DNA of 32,000 nt from Wallemia ichthyophaga EXF-994 (taxonomy: Eukaryota; Fungi; Basidiomycota): the NCBI RefSeq assembly GCF_000400465.1, contig NW_008806281.1, positions 120,001-152,000 of the forward strand. Direction: 5' to 3'. The notes under the pieces were generated by a model. That model had not been told where the DNA came from, did no database searches, and was given only the letters and a program-made list of their open reading frames with translations. How positions within the stretch are numbered: the stretch's first letter is position 1; each line of letters opens with the position of its first letter. The translations under genes were made by a program, and so were the position numbers. This document shows, piece by piece, positions 1 to 11,387 of this stretch.

Positions 1-144
1 GGCAAGAAAGTGACCGCCAGACCACGCAAATCAGCCAAAAATCAGAAGGAGGCTACTAAATCCACAAAGAAAAGGAAGAAGGTGAGCAGCGAAGAAGACG
101 ACGCTAGCGATAATGCTAGTGCATGGGATAGCGAGGACAATTAG
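1..144 (+). CDS. 3' end of an unidentified gene (Lys-rich then acidic C-terminus), truncated by the window start
   Basis: Frame 1 is open from base 1: GKKVTARPRKSAKNQKEATKSTKKRKKVSSEEDDASDNASAWDSEDN, with TAG at 142-144. Confidence 0.6.
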   Translation, partial: GKKVTARPRKSAKNQKEATKSTKKRKKVSSEEDDASDNASAWDSEDN

Positions 145-188
145 TAAACTAAACTATGAAATGTATTATGAACTGTTGTAACAGTACG

Positions 189-1371
189 CTATTGCGAAGT
201 ATAGAAGTGGTAATCGTCAATGAGAGGTATGTAGTCGCCGACGATGCCTGCTGCAATACCGACCAGTGGCCAATTCTGCAGCCTGCTAACGACTGATTCG
301 ACGCGCGGTTTAGTGAAGTCGTGCCAAATAGGACCCCGAAGCAAGTATCTATGGGATTGTTAGTGGGGTGTATATATTCATAGCATAACCCACCTAATAA
401 ATGATTGCTCCCGTCTATTCTGTTCATTAGCCTCAATGCTTGACTTGTTGACGTCAAACGAGTATGGCGACACACCGCTCCTGCTCTTATGACCATACTT
501 GCGCAGCTGTCTGCTCATTACCGACATGGAAAGCGATAGAAGTAGCGGTGTCCATTCGGATTTGGTTCTCCAAGGTTTAGTGCGCGTCTGTGTCCTAGCG
601 AACTGGCGTCTGAGTGCCAAAACATACACTAGAGGTTCGGCAATAAGCATGAGTTCCGAGAAAACCTGCGCGCCACTACTCAGCGGCCTCACTAATGCAG
701 ATGGCGGAGTGAGTGAGTCAGTATCGAGCGCAGTGGCATGCAAGTAGTTATCGACACTTCCATACTTGGTCTTGAGATCGACTACACTCCTCGCTCCTCG
801 CACACCCCTATTGGCCTCATCGCACTCTGGATCGAGGCTTACATCCTGGTCACGAGAGGGCGTGCATGGCGTTACTAGCGGTCTTAGTTGCGTTTTCAAC
901 AGAATGACTAACTTCAGTGTAAACTTTAACGCTTCAATTGCCGTTATGTAATTCCATCGATGGCGCGCATATCGACCTTGCTCATCGCGCTTTTCTCGCC
1001 GGTGCATCACTATCTCGCCCAGGAGCTGCAGAGAGGTCGTCAAGGAAAGCAGCTTGGCTGATAGGGCGTGCAGGCGTCCCCAGTTGGAGGATGTGTATCT
1101 GCTGTGTGCGTTGAGAGAGTGCTTCGCAGAGTGCGCATCTTGTGATTGTGTGAGCATGTTGAGTGAGCTGAAGACTGTGTAGCGTATTCGTTAGTATTTT
1201 GCTGTGTATACACTATCATCCCTCACTCATCTCGGCTACTAACTCTGAATCGTCGAAGCGGCCAGGAAGTAGCCATGCCAGCGTACGCAGAGTCGGCTCT
1301 ATAGATTTAGAAAGAGCGATTACTTTGTCTTTCCTGTTAACGTTCCTCACGCTACCGATGTCGTTTGACAT
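189..1371 (-). CDS. PEX16: Peroxisomal membrane biogenesis protein Pex16 (3 exons)
   Basis: Spliced product: MSND...TLRTLAWLLPGRFDDSELVAEM / FSSLNML...LLGEIV...IEALKFTLKL... / YLLRGPIWHDFTKPRVES...GDYIPLIDDYHFYTSQ*. The LPGRF and YLLRGP motifs are Pex16 hallmarks. GT-AG introns lie near 1175-1226 and 341-385. Confidence 0.9.
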
Positions 1372-1431
1372 TTTCGTGATGATTGCTAATGACACAAAGA
1401 AATGCGGTAATTATCTTTACACTACTCATAA

Positions 1432-3327
1432 CTAGTTTACAAGTATCAGGCCGTCAATGCGCTCCCCTGTCTCCGTGCGTTTCCAAGACTCAATTGTCTC
1501 TCCCCACTCACTCACATCATACACTCTGAATCTACGGTCGTGGCCCTTCTTCCCGTAGCCCGAGTATGAGCTTCCACCCCCGAAACAGATCCATGTTCCT
1601 TGAATCAGCCTACATTCGTCAGTCAGGTGGCAGTGTCCATGTGCAATCACTCTTATTTCGTTGGTGGTGGTGTCGCTACCGCGGCGGAGCTCGTTAGCGA
1701 CGTTGAAGAAGCCACCATTTATGCCACTCGCACCGTCACCATCTTCAATGCCTTTACTACCCCATCCTTCTATAGGGGTCCCGTTGGCGTCGAGATCGGC
1801 GGGACTGTCGTAGTATTCACGCAAGGGGATGTGCGCAAATACCAATGCGTTAGCTTTTTGTGGTGTTTGTGATATTCTCTTGTGCGTGTCATCGAAGACT
1901 TCGCCTTGCTTTGGTATGAATGGTCGATTCTCTAGTTTGATGTTGTCCGATTCTTCGACGAACCAATCGATCTGATTCTGCGACTGGTGTGAGAAACGAA
2001 AGTAAAACATTTAAGTTCATCGTACCTGTCTGATGTAGTCATACTGCCCCATCATGTTCTTGAATGGGTTGTAACGAGGTGGAGGCAACAGCCCGTGCGT
2101 ATCGAACAAGTACATGGTAAGGAGGTGAGAATTGGTGCCATCAGGGGAGTACACTTTAAGCACATGATTCCCAACGCCGTGGATATCAGAAGGACCAGGC
2201 TGGGCGAGCGAGAAGGGTAATGCCTGAATAATTCTCATCTGCTCCGACCGAGGTAAATCAGTCATCTCAGAATCATGATTACCGAAAATTGCGGTAAATG
2301 GTATCTTTCTCTTAATCACCTCGCTGTAGACCTTGGAAATAACGCTGACAGCATCGAATGACGTACCCTGTCCATTCAACTGATCGCCTGTGAAGACAAC
2401 GAAATCAGGTTTGACGTCGTCGAGAGTCTCTGCCATAAGTTGTATAGAGTCTGGATCACCTTGGCATGGTGACTTGTCAGTGTCTCTGCATGTACCATTG
2501 CCCACGCTGAAATGTAGGTCAGCAATTTGTAGTATGCGGAATTGTCCGTTATCTCTAAATTTCAATTGTTCAGGCTGCTTGGGGTGTTTATAGCCTTTGC
2601 GGATAGTGAAAGTCATGCGTTCATTCTTGGATGACGCGTCTTGGATGTTTGCACCTTGTACGCGCTTGAAGTCTGGCCATGGCGGACCATCACCGAACAA
2701 GATATCAACCTCAGTGACTGCGTCTGATGGCCGTGGATTGGAGGATGGAGGATGAGTGTGGTAGTAGAGGCGGGTGTTTGGTGATGGATTCGATTTAACT
2801 TTGAACCAATTTTCATCCAATTTTTCTGAGCTGTCAGAAGAGAGCAGTTTGATGTCATCAATGTAGCTGACGTCTAGTCTACGAGACCTTCTGTAGTACA
2901 AGTAATTATTCTTATGGCCGCGTCCATTTTGTACATTTAAGCTCATGCCGACTCTAACCCAAGGGCCATACTTGCTGTTATCCTCAGAAGTTGAAGGAGG
3001 ATAACAGCCACCAAAGTAATACTCCAAAGAAGGTGGGAGTGAGCAGCTTCTTATGGTGATATCATTGATGGGTGTGGAATGTGGAAGTATTGGATTCCAT
3101 ATGTCAAGTGGAGCTTCGAGTACGTTGTAATTTGAATCATAGAGGCTGTTGTCGTCGCTGCTGTTGCTGCCGTGATCGACCAATTTCACGTAGTCGTAGT
3201 TCTGCCATTGGAGTGGAAGCAACTGCTTGTGCTTTGGTGTGTAATTCGTACTGAGGAGCGAGTATCGCGATAATAGAATTATCGTTATGAAGCTTGAAAT
3301 TATAAAGCTTAGAAGAAATTGCCTCAT
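1432..3327 (-). CDS. DCR2: Calcineurin-like metallophosphoesterase, DCR2/SIA1 family, with N-terminal membrane anchor (2 exons)
   Basis: Motifs QIADLH, FTGDQL, FGNHD, FAHIPL and AHGHCH, plus CFGGGSSYSGYG. A short GTACGA...CCAG intron near 1990-2030 joins ORFs 2017..3327 and 1432..2010. Confidence 0.88.
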
Positions 3328-3363
3328 CTTCGTTGTAGGCCTGTAAGCCGATAAGCGTGTAGA

Positions 3364-3851
3364 CTAAGTGACATATAAATGCTTACAATTGAAATAATTT
3401 AAAATGTATTCTAATTCATGTGAATCGACGTTTGTTTGGTAGTATAAGTACTTGAACAGCTCCCGCTCCATTTTGTTCACCTCGTGTAAGTCAAACCTAG
3501 TAACCACAACCCAACTCTGATTGCTGTATGTTTTATCACTGTGTGATTTGCAGCTCAGTATCATTGAGGCTATAAACAATCTACTAGAGCAGCTCCCTTG
3601 TACGTCTGGCTGTATGCTCTGTCAGCCACACAAGCGCACTGAGTCAAACACACCAATCTCAATTTCAATCTATACAGCAGCACTAGACTTGTCAAAACTA
3701 TGTACTCCTCCACCTGCGTTCTCTCCAACACTCGTCTTATAAACTCTAGCATTGTAGTGCTTCTCTCCGTCTTAAACATCTCCGATATTACCCTCTCAGC
3801 AACGATTGAAAACTCTTTGTAGAATTTGTAATTATTTGCAGCGATGCTCAT
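3364..3851 (-). CDS. Small Pho85-type (PCL/Pho80-like) cyclin-box protein (2 exons)
   Basis: Spliced: ...LVLLYRLKLRL / PDVQGSCSSRLFIASMILSCKSHSDKTYSNQSW...HEVNKMERELFKYL, which matches the PCL cyclin box (RLF.A..ILA.K...D..YSN.SW; ..N.MERE.L..L). GTGTGT...TACAG intron near 3605-3650. Confidence 0.8.
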
Positions 3852-3948
3852 TGTTATCTAAGATCATTCATATTTGCTTACAAATTACCTATCATATTGA
3901 TTATTGATTGCTCATTTGTGACATTCGGCGAAATTTCTCACTTTGTAC

Positions 3949-5621
3949 CTATCCGTTTTTAGAAAGTGCCTTATTAACCAGCTCATTAACATCCATCACT
4001 CTATCAAATTGGTCTTCATTAGGATGTCTCTCTCGTCTCAATCGCCGCACTTCCTCCGCTGAGACAGTGTTGATAAAAAATTTGCACCTCTTCACGCCCT
4101 CGAATTCCGAGAACTCCTCATCTTCATCGAATGCATAGCCACACTTCGGGAAATCGAGTCCATAGAAGCACTTATGTATCGTATCTCTGAAATACTCCAT
4201 CTCACTCCAGAACTCCGGTATACTGTTACTTTTGGATCCCATCTTGGCTTTGAGGTGGTGATCTATATTGGAGATGAGCCAGTGCATACTAAGGCGCAGT
4301 GCTGGCAGCGATCTCCTCATCGAAGTAGTCAGCAGGTGTGACAACCTGACGTCATCACCTTCGCTCCCGGTCCCACTATCAACCTCTTCCAAACTCACGC
4401 GCACGCTGCGCATGAGATGGGTGATGAGACGTACGAGGTATTTGTGTGCGGTACTCTTCCGCACCTCCGTCGACATGTTCGCACCGGCTATATCAATTTG
4501 TCTATAGGTGCGCAAAGAATGGTATAAGCAAATGTTGACAGCGACGATTCTAGTGATTGTCTCAGAATTGAGAGTGTGTGTATCCAGCAGCTTCCTAAAG
4601 AGACGCGTGGAATTGTTGACTAGTTTGGTGACACTTTGTATGCTGGGTTGGTGTTAGAACTTCAACTGCAATCCCCTTCTTGCACTCACTCATTGCGATT
4701 CAAGTAGAGCATGGCGTGGATCTTTATCAGCTGTTTAACTAATACATTATAGTCACCTCCGTCAGTATTTTCCTCCACACTCTCGTCCAGTACCTTGTTT
4801 AGAATGGAGGTGATGTTATTGCGTGCGAGATTCTGAGGCTGTTTTGGTGCTTTCGTGGTAGTGATGCAACGGTAGTAGTGGTAGAGTGCACCTAAATTGT
4901 CATCGTTATAGCTGCACACCACAGCCAAGCTATTGAAATGGAGTGCTTCATGAGGATTTACTGATTTTGCGAGATTGTAGCAAGCAACGACCTGAGTATA
5001 GATACGTCTCTTTCCATTGTCCTTTACGTGCTGCCCAGCTTTAGGACGACCTTTCTCCTCATTGTACAGCTCTTTATATCTCAGCAGATCACCAATGTAG
5101 ATGAGACAGCGGTAAATAATCCACGCCCGCAAATTTCTGTCGAAGGAGCCCTCGTCAGCTACGGTGTTGGAGTAGTCTAAGGAGACATCTGCGCGTGTCA
5201 CTTCCTCATCGCTATCGACATCCATCTGCACATCCTGCTTATGATCGCCATCCTGCGAGTCAATCGCATTAATAGTGTACTTGTATTCATCGAGGCTGTA
5301 CAGTGAGATAGTTCGGCTGATGATATCGACGTAGAAACGTTTTTCTTTGGTAAGAAAGGAGTGAAAGTGCTGCAAGACGCGTCTTCTCTCGTAAGAAACT
5401 TTAGATTGTTTCTCAGAGCCATCTAAATTGCGTATGCGACGTCTATACTCTGTAATGAGATTATGTGAGGTGTTGTTCCACAGCGCACTAAGCGTGGATT
5501 GTACAGCGTCATCTGGGCCCATTAGCAGTGCATTGAGATGCGTACGCTTGTACGACTGCGTTAGGAATGTCAAGTCTGTATCCCAAGGACTTTTGCTCGC
5601 TGCTTTTTCCGTGATGCTCAT
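3949..5621 (-). CDS. Est1/Ebs1/SMG5-7-like TPR-domain protein, no PIN domain seen (2 exons)
   Basis: YRCLIYIGDLLRYKELY, YNLAKSVNP...FNSLAV...GALYHYYRCI and LPALRLSMHWL match the Est1 and Est1 DNA/RNA-binding domains. A GTGAGT...CCAG intron near 4644-4690 joins the two ORFs in frame. The first ATG is at 5621 (MSITEK). Confidence 0.8.
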
Positions 5622-5646
5622 CTTACCATCACCGTCGTGAGTAGAA

Positions 5647-6244
5647 ATGGTGAGCGATCCAACGAACGATAAAAATATTTGGCTGTGTGCGTGTACATAT
5701 GGTGCAAATATCAATTTTAACTACTTCACCAGCCGCCAGCGAAGGTGATATGGAAAGAGTAGCGTATCTGGTTGAGAAATGCGGATTGGATGTAAATACA
5801 CTGGACGAAAACAGTTACAGCACTCTACACGCAGCTACATCTTACTCTCACTCCCATCTTCTCCGCTATCTCATTGAGAAAGGCGGTAATGTAAATATCG
5901 TCGACGATGATCACGAAACGCCGCTCTTTGTCGCCGAGGATGAAGATGTGGCAAGGCTGCTGGTGGAACACGGGGCTGACGCCTCACATCGCAACGCGGA
6001 AGGTCTCACACCACTCGAGAAACTCATTCAGGATGATGAGCACGAGGAAGTGCAGGAATATCTCAAATCTGTCGGTCCAGCGCCTGTATCAATGCCAAAC
6101 ACCAACGATAACACAGCACTCGAAGATACGGAAACTGGCAGAGAGATAGCCGAGATAATGGAACAGGCACAACGAGACGGCACAGATCCCGATGAGAGGC
6201 TGAGGGAGCTGGTGACGCGCAATCTGATGGGACAGCAGCAGTAG
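5647..6244 (+). CDS. Ankyrin-repeat protein (similar to the yeast YCR051W type; 2 exons)
   Basis: Spliced MVSDPTNDKNIWL/SASEGDMERV...YSTLHAATSY...GGNVNIVDDDHETPLF...EGLTPL contains ankyrin TPLH-like repeats. The intron has a GTGCGT donor and a CACCAG acceptor. Confidence 0.82.
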
Positions 6245-6326
6245 TAGCTGCTGCAGTGATATCCCGCCTTCTTGTAAAAGCGTATTAGACGGAACATTGA
6301 TACGGTAGTAAGAAAACACTATTAAC

Positions 6327-6692
6327 TTATTGTCTCTCTGGTAACTTTGGTGGCACGCTGTGGACTTGCTGGCTTTGGGTGGAGTTAGGCTGCTCCACGC
6401 TGCCTTCCTGTGATCCACCAGTGTTGCCTTTGCTGTTGAGCTTATCCATACCATCCTTCATCTCTTCTAAGCCCTGCTTCGATGTGCCCGGGTTATCTGA
6501 CTTGCTTTCAACGCTGCCAGCTTGACGGCCTGCTACTTGGTCACCGGCCCTGTCGACGCTCTCATTGAATGTGCCACGAATTGCCTCTCCTGCGCCTGTG
6601 TCGTGTGTTAGGCGTGTGTACACTGAAAACCTCAATCACGCACCGTGGAATCCCTTCCATGCACCTTGAATCTTGTCTTGAACTTTGTCCAT
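6327..6692 (-). CDS. Small hydrophilic hypothetical protein (2 exons)
   Basis: Spliced MDKVQDKIQGAWKGFH/GAGEAIRGTFNESVD..., with a GTGCGT...CTAAC...CACAG intron. It resembles the 'GIHGAGEALRG' small fungal proteins (recognition only). Confidence 0.65.
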
Positions 6693-7026
6693 TATTTGTT
6701 GTAATTACGTTAGAAGCAATTGCCCGCTCCACAGCCGCTGAAAATTGTTAAATGTGAAAACAAATTAAAGCAAATGATGATGTCATGTTGGTTTGTAGAC
6801 TATTCTTTAAAATCAGGCTATTTATCCACCTATTACTTCCAGTCGCAGATGACGTATTGCTAGCTATCTGTTTCTTTGACAGGAATGTGTAAAAAGAGTA
6901 TCCAATTGTAATTTTCAAGCTGTTATTGTACTTCGGGCCCTGCTAAGATTTTAATTCTGTGACCTCAAAATCGGGTGAGTTGAATTGCTTTTCAATTGGT
7001 CATCACTCAACTCAAATTAGATTCCT

Positions 7027-7428
7027 ATGGCTTCCAACTTAAAAAATTATGCTTTCTTTGTTATCGGTTTCTTAGGTTTATATTGCGCTGTGTTTATCTA
7101 CATTAGTCTTGAATGACGGAAATTCGACGGCCTCTATAATAGGTCTGCAAAAATCCACCCGAAGAGCATGGATCACTGCGTTGATATCACGTTTGAAGAA
7201 TAAATTAAACCTGATAATGACAGATTATCTGAATATGCTTGTTCAGCGGACTTGAGCTTCTATGTTCCAGATTATATGGATTGTGAAGGCCTCGTAACAC
7301 TGAAAACTGTTCACCTAGCTAAGAAGAGAAGTCTCGAACAACTACATCAGCTCAATATGCGAACTGGCACTGTAACCTATCACCATCCACTTGGATGGAA
7401 AACGCATACCTCTTTCAAATTTGGGTAA
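7027..7428 (+). pseudogene. Probable pseudogene of a small N-terminally anchored protein
   Basis: One frame of 134 codons from ATG 7027 to TAA 7426-7428, with only two internal stops (TGA 7114-7116, TAA 7201-7203) in AT-rich DNA. Hydrophobic N-terminus YAFFVIGFLGLYCAVFIYISL. Confidence 0.45.
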
Positions 7429-7524
7429 AAAAGTTATCCCAGAAACGACGTAACGAACGTCAGAATTGTATAAAAGGCTTTTTTGTAGCTCACTACCCAT
7501 AAATTTTGAAATGTCTATGATAAA

Positions 7525-8876
7525 TTACATGTCCTCTAGTGACCATTTTGCTCGTGGCATGAGTGTGGCAGGATTTGCTAGTTCCCCTTTAGCAAGTTTG
7601 TAGTGGGCTGCCCATGCGATCATGGCGGCGTTGTCTGCGTAAATATGGTAAGAGTGGTTTGCGAGGGGCAAGTTGAGATCAGACCCACCAGTACATAACG
7701 CTGGCGCCGGAAAGTAGATATTCAAGCCATGTCTTCCAGTAACATCTGACAATCTTACCCTTGTTAGCGTGAGCGCATAATCAAATCAAGACACACCTCT
7801 CGCGCAGGTATCCATTACTAGCTACACCCCCACTAACCACCAGACTAGATGGTTCGACGGTAGATTTGCTCAGTGCCAATGTCACCTATTCCCGAGTTCA
7901 GACTGACTGCTGAATTTGACATGCCGTCCACCCACCTTATCAGCCAACTGCGCCACTGCTGCACTCTGGAATGCGCGCGCTAGAGCTACTCTCGTCACAT
8001 CACCGCCGTCACTCTCATCCACCAGCCTCGAGAACGCGCTCCTGAGGCCCGAGTAGCTGAACAGGAGCTGAGAGGGGGCTGGTACGCGCAGCTTCTGTCT
8101 ATACTCTTTGACACGACAATCCACCTCATCTTTATGGCCAAACAAGTGCTCAGTGTGCCTCGCAAACCCCTCCAATGCGGCTCCCGGCGCCTTGCCTGAC
8201 CATGGTATATTGAGGAGCTTAGCGGCGTGATCGAAAGCGTTGCTTGGAGCGTGTGAGTAGACTACGAGATACCAACCATTCTAAACCTACCCTATCGAAT
8301 CGTCGTTTGTCGTCGCCAGCACTCGCATTTTGGTGACTTCTTCCGCGTCGACTATCATCGTGTGTCCTCCACTGCAAAGCAGCGTGTAAAATGGGAATTG
8401 CGGGGGATTCTCTTCTGTCAGACAGCAAGTAAGGGCGTGCGCTTGCTACAATGCTATAGCATGAGATAGAGCTCTATCTGCGAATAACACCCACCCACCA
8501 TGTGATGTACGCCTACTAGCGGTATTCCACTAACCCCGACTAGCGACTTGGCTGCGACCATCGCGATTTGCAAACACCCTTTCATGCCGGGTCCTTCGGT
8601 AGTAGCTATCGCGTCCAAATCCCCAAATGCAACTCCAGCACGACGGATCGCTTCTGAAATTGCAGGCGATATGTTTTTCATGTGTCCTTGCGTTGCGTAC
8701 AGCGGGTGTATCCCTCCGTATTGCTCATGTATTTGATCCTGTTTCATCACCACATTTGATAATATCTCCCGATGGTTGCTCACTATCGCTGCACATGTGT
8801 CGTCTGCTGAGCTCTCCAATGCTAGTATCAGCCGCCGCCGTACGTCTTTGTATACTGGGAATATCGATCTTCGCAT
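7525..8876 (-). CDS. QRI7: Mitochondrial tRNA N6-threonylcarbamoyladenosine transferase (Qri7/OSGEPL1, Kae1/TsaD family), multi-exon
   Basis: LILALESSADDTCAAIV, YGGIHP, IATTEGPGM, VGVHHM, FSYSGLRS, AFQSAAVAQL and DNAAMIAWA are TsaD/Qri7 motifs. The Arg-rich N-terminus looks like a mitochondrial presequence. Confidence 0.92.
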
Positions 8877-9028
8877 GCGATCGTCAAAGTGTAAGGAGAT
8901 GGCGAAGGCGGCGGTGAGAATTTATAATTTGGATGCGTTTAATACAACAAGTATGAATGATTGGATTATGTTCTGCAATTTACTTTTGCGAAAGACTTCC
9001 AAGAGGAGAATAAATGACGATTTATTAA

Positions 9029-11387
9029 TCAAAGTATGGTTATTTGCGAATTTTGACTTGTGTTTCCTGTAAATCGCTTGGCAACGAAAGTCAACACTCT
9101 CAATCCACTCACCATCAACTTCGAGGCATCAGCAGTAGCAGAAACGACGGATCCTGCTTCAGATCCATCCATCAGGTATAAGCGAGCCCTATCATCTAGT
9201 TTGTGGGCATAGTATACGGGTATACCTAATGAAACCGCAAGATTAGCAATCTGGTATGTCATAGATGTCGCGTATATTGTCTGGCTGAGGGTTAGGACAT
9301 TGAATCCAATGTCTTCGTGTAATACGTCATATCTAAATTTCTAGAGGTACCCGTCAAGCCAGAGTGCGTGTAGGCGTAGAATTAAAATTGGTTTGGTCGA
9401 GTGACACTTGGGTGATCAATTATCGTTCCACTCTTGCAGCTGCATGATTTGTTCTGCAGATCATTTCTAAGCGGCGCGAATTTGACGTGAGGCAGCTTCT
9501 GTCTAACCATAACGGTGATCTTTGGAGTTTTGCCACCAATCAGCTCCTTGTATGCTTGAACAATTGCTAGCCTCTCGTGCTGGAGCACCTCTCGGTACTT
9601 GACGTCAGACACGCCATCTCTGACATGCAGAACGTGCCTAGGAATAGCACCTAGATTGCTCTCTCTCTCTGTAAACGTTGACATTTATTTTGGCCATGTT
9701 CTTCAGGTTCTCAATAATCTCCTGGCGTACTCTCAAAGGTACTTTACTGCCTATAAATTTAGGGACACGCTGGTCTGTGTTTGAGACAACTCCAACAATC
9801 GACATAATGGTCCTCATCTCATGAGGAGGGTAGGTAACATCGACACCGAAGCACATCACTCTTTCAGGCTGAGCAAGGTATGGATTGGGTGAAACCAGTG
9901 TATGGTTGACGCCATCTCCTTTCACGTTTATCTTCAAAAAAATATTCGAGACATAGGTTGGCTTGGCATTGATCGCCTTTTTTTGCCACAAATAATTGCG
10001 AAGGAACTCCTACATGTATGTCGCAGTATTGCTAGATGACTGTGTACGTGTTTGATTTTTCAAATTTGCAAGTTGTAAGGACAAAATCTGTCTTCACGTT
10101 CAATCTCTTCGATTCGTTGAGAATTGTCTTGACGCTGGCATTCTCGTTACGCAGGAAGCAAATTGCTGGCTCATGGAGTACCGTCATACCTCTCTTCATA
10201 CACACTGCAACAACATCTTTGAGGAAATTTGTCAGCCATTCGTACTCGTCTGGTCTTCCAAAAGCAAACAGCTTCCAGTTATTAATTGTCGCTGGCTTGA
10301 AGAATGTCATATTTTGTGAATTTCTATCCCATTCCACGTCAGGCTCGCTGGGTTGGATCTGAAGACGGTTGCCGTATTCAAGACTTGATGGCTTGATTAC
10401 TGATGCAGAGCATTCGATGGCATTAGAATCAATTTTGAAGCCAAATTCACTGATGACAGGGTTATTCCTGGAAAGAGACATTGCTTGACCACGATAGTTT
10501 TTCAGTCTCTACAATGACTTAACTTTGCAGAAACTCATTATGTCTTTGGTCTGGGCAGAATTTAAAACCCCGCCTGGATGAATCTGACCTGGGATAATGT
10601 TCAGTAGCTCCATTGAAAAAAATGTCATGCTTTTCCCAATAACGGGTAATTGAAGAAGCCTGAGCACAAAGTTGTGCGTAGATTTAAGATAAGCTGTGTT
10701 GCTCAGCTTTCTCCCATTGTACTCCTCAAATGTGTAAGTGTTTGCATTGTTCACGGAAACGTCTTGGATTTTGAAGGGTTGTTTACGGTTAGGGATGTGA
10801 TTGGTCTCAACCTTGACCTTCTTGAGCTGCTTCTCTAGCTGGCGTCTCATTTGGTTGTTGAGGCGGCGGTTTGGACCGACAGTCATATTTATTGAACCAC
10901 TCAGACTAATCAGCTTTAGGGCTATCGCGTGTAAGCGACCCTCCTACAAAATTTGAATGGACGATGTGTCAATGTTCAAGACAACGTCGTTTGCAGAAAG
11001 CCTTGTTGTACTACAAGGTGTTGAAAAGAAGAGGATCTCGTTGTCGAAAGGAAGCCTCTTTAAGCTATAAAGTAGAGCATGGTCATCGTAAGCAAACATA
11101 TTTCCAAAAGTGACTTCGCGTTCCTGATTTTCATTATTAGCCACACAACAAGGTCTCAGGTTGAGAGATAGAGCGCTTACCAAGAAAAACTTCACAGCGC
11201 GCAAAATATCGTTCCAGCTGCGTATCTTTGGCCTGTCTGCCTCGACGCTCACATCTTACACATGAAACGACTGTTAGCGGACTTTGGGTTTCTCCTTCAG
11301 GGGAAAGAGGTTGGAAGACACCTTCACTTGTTGGTTGGAGATGAATTGCTTTGGTTTTAGCGGTAGGATCACTTTTGAATACGACAT
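9029..11387 (-). pseudogene. AGO: Argonaute (N-L1-PAZ-L2-MID-PIWI) pseudogene
   Basis: Ordered Ago motifs: VKVSSNLFP, FHV*DVSV, AYDDHALLYS, VLNIDTS, PAZ (FSMELLNIIPGQ), NPVISEFGFKI, GVPSQ, YVSNIFLKINVK, FGVDVTYP, RQEII, RDGVSD, SGTIID, FYAYTHSGLTGTSR, PVYYAH...RAR. Six internal stops and three frameshifts. The true start is uncertain: ATG 11387, or the frame may extend to 11675. Confidence 0.93.
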
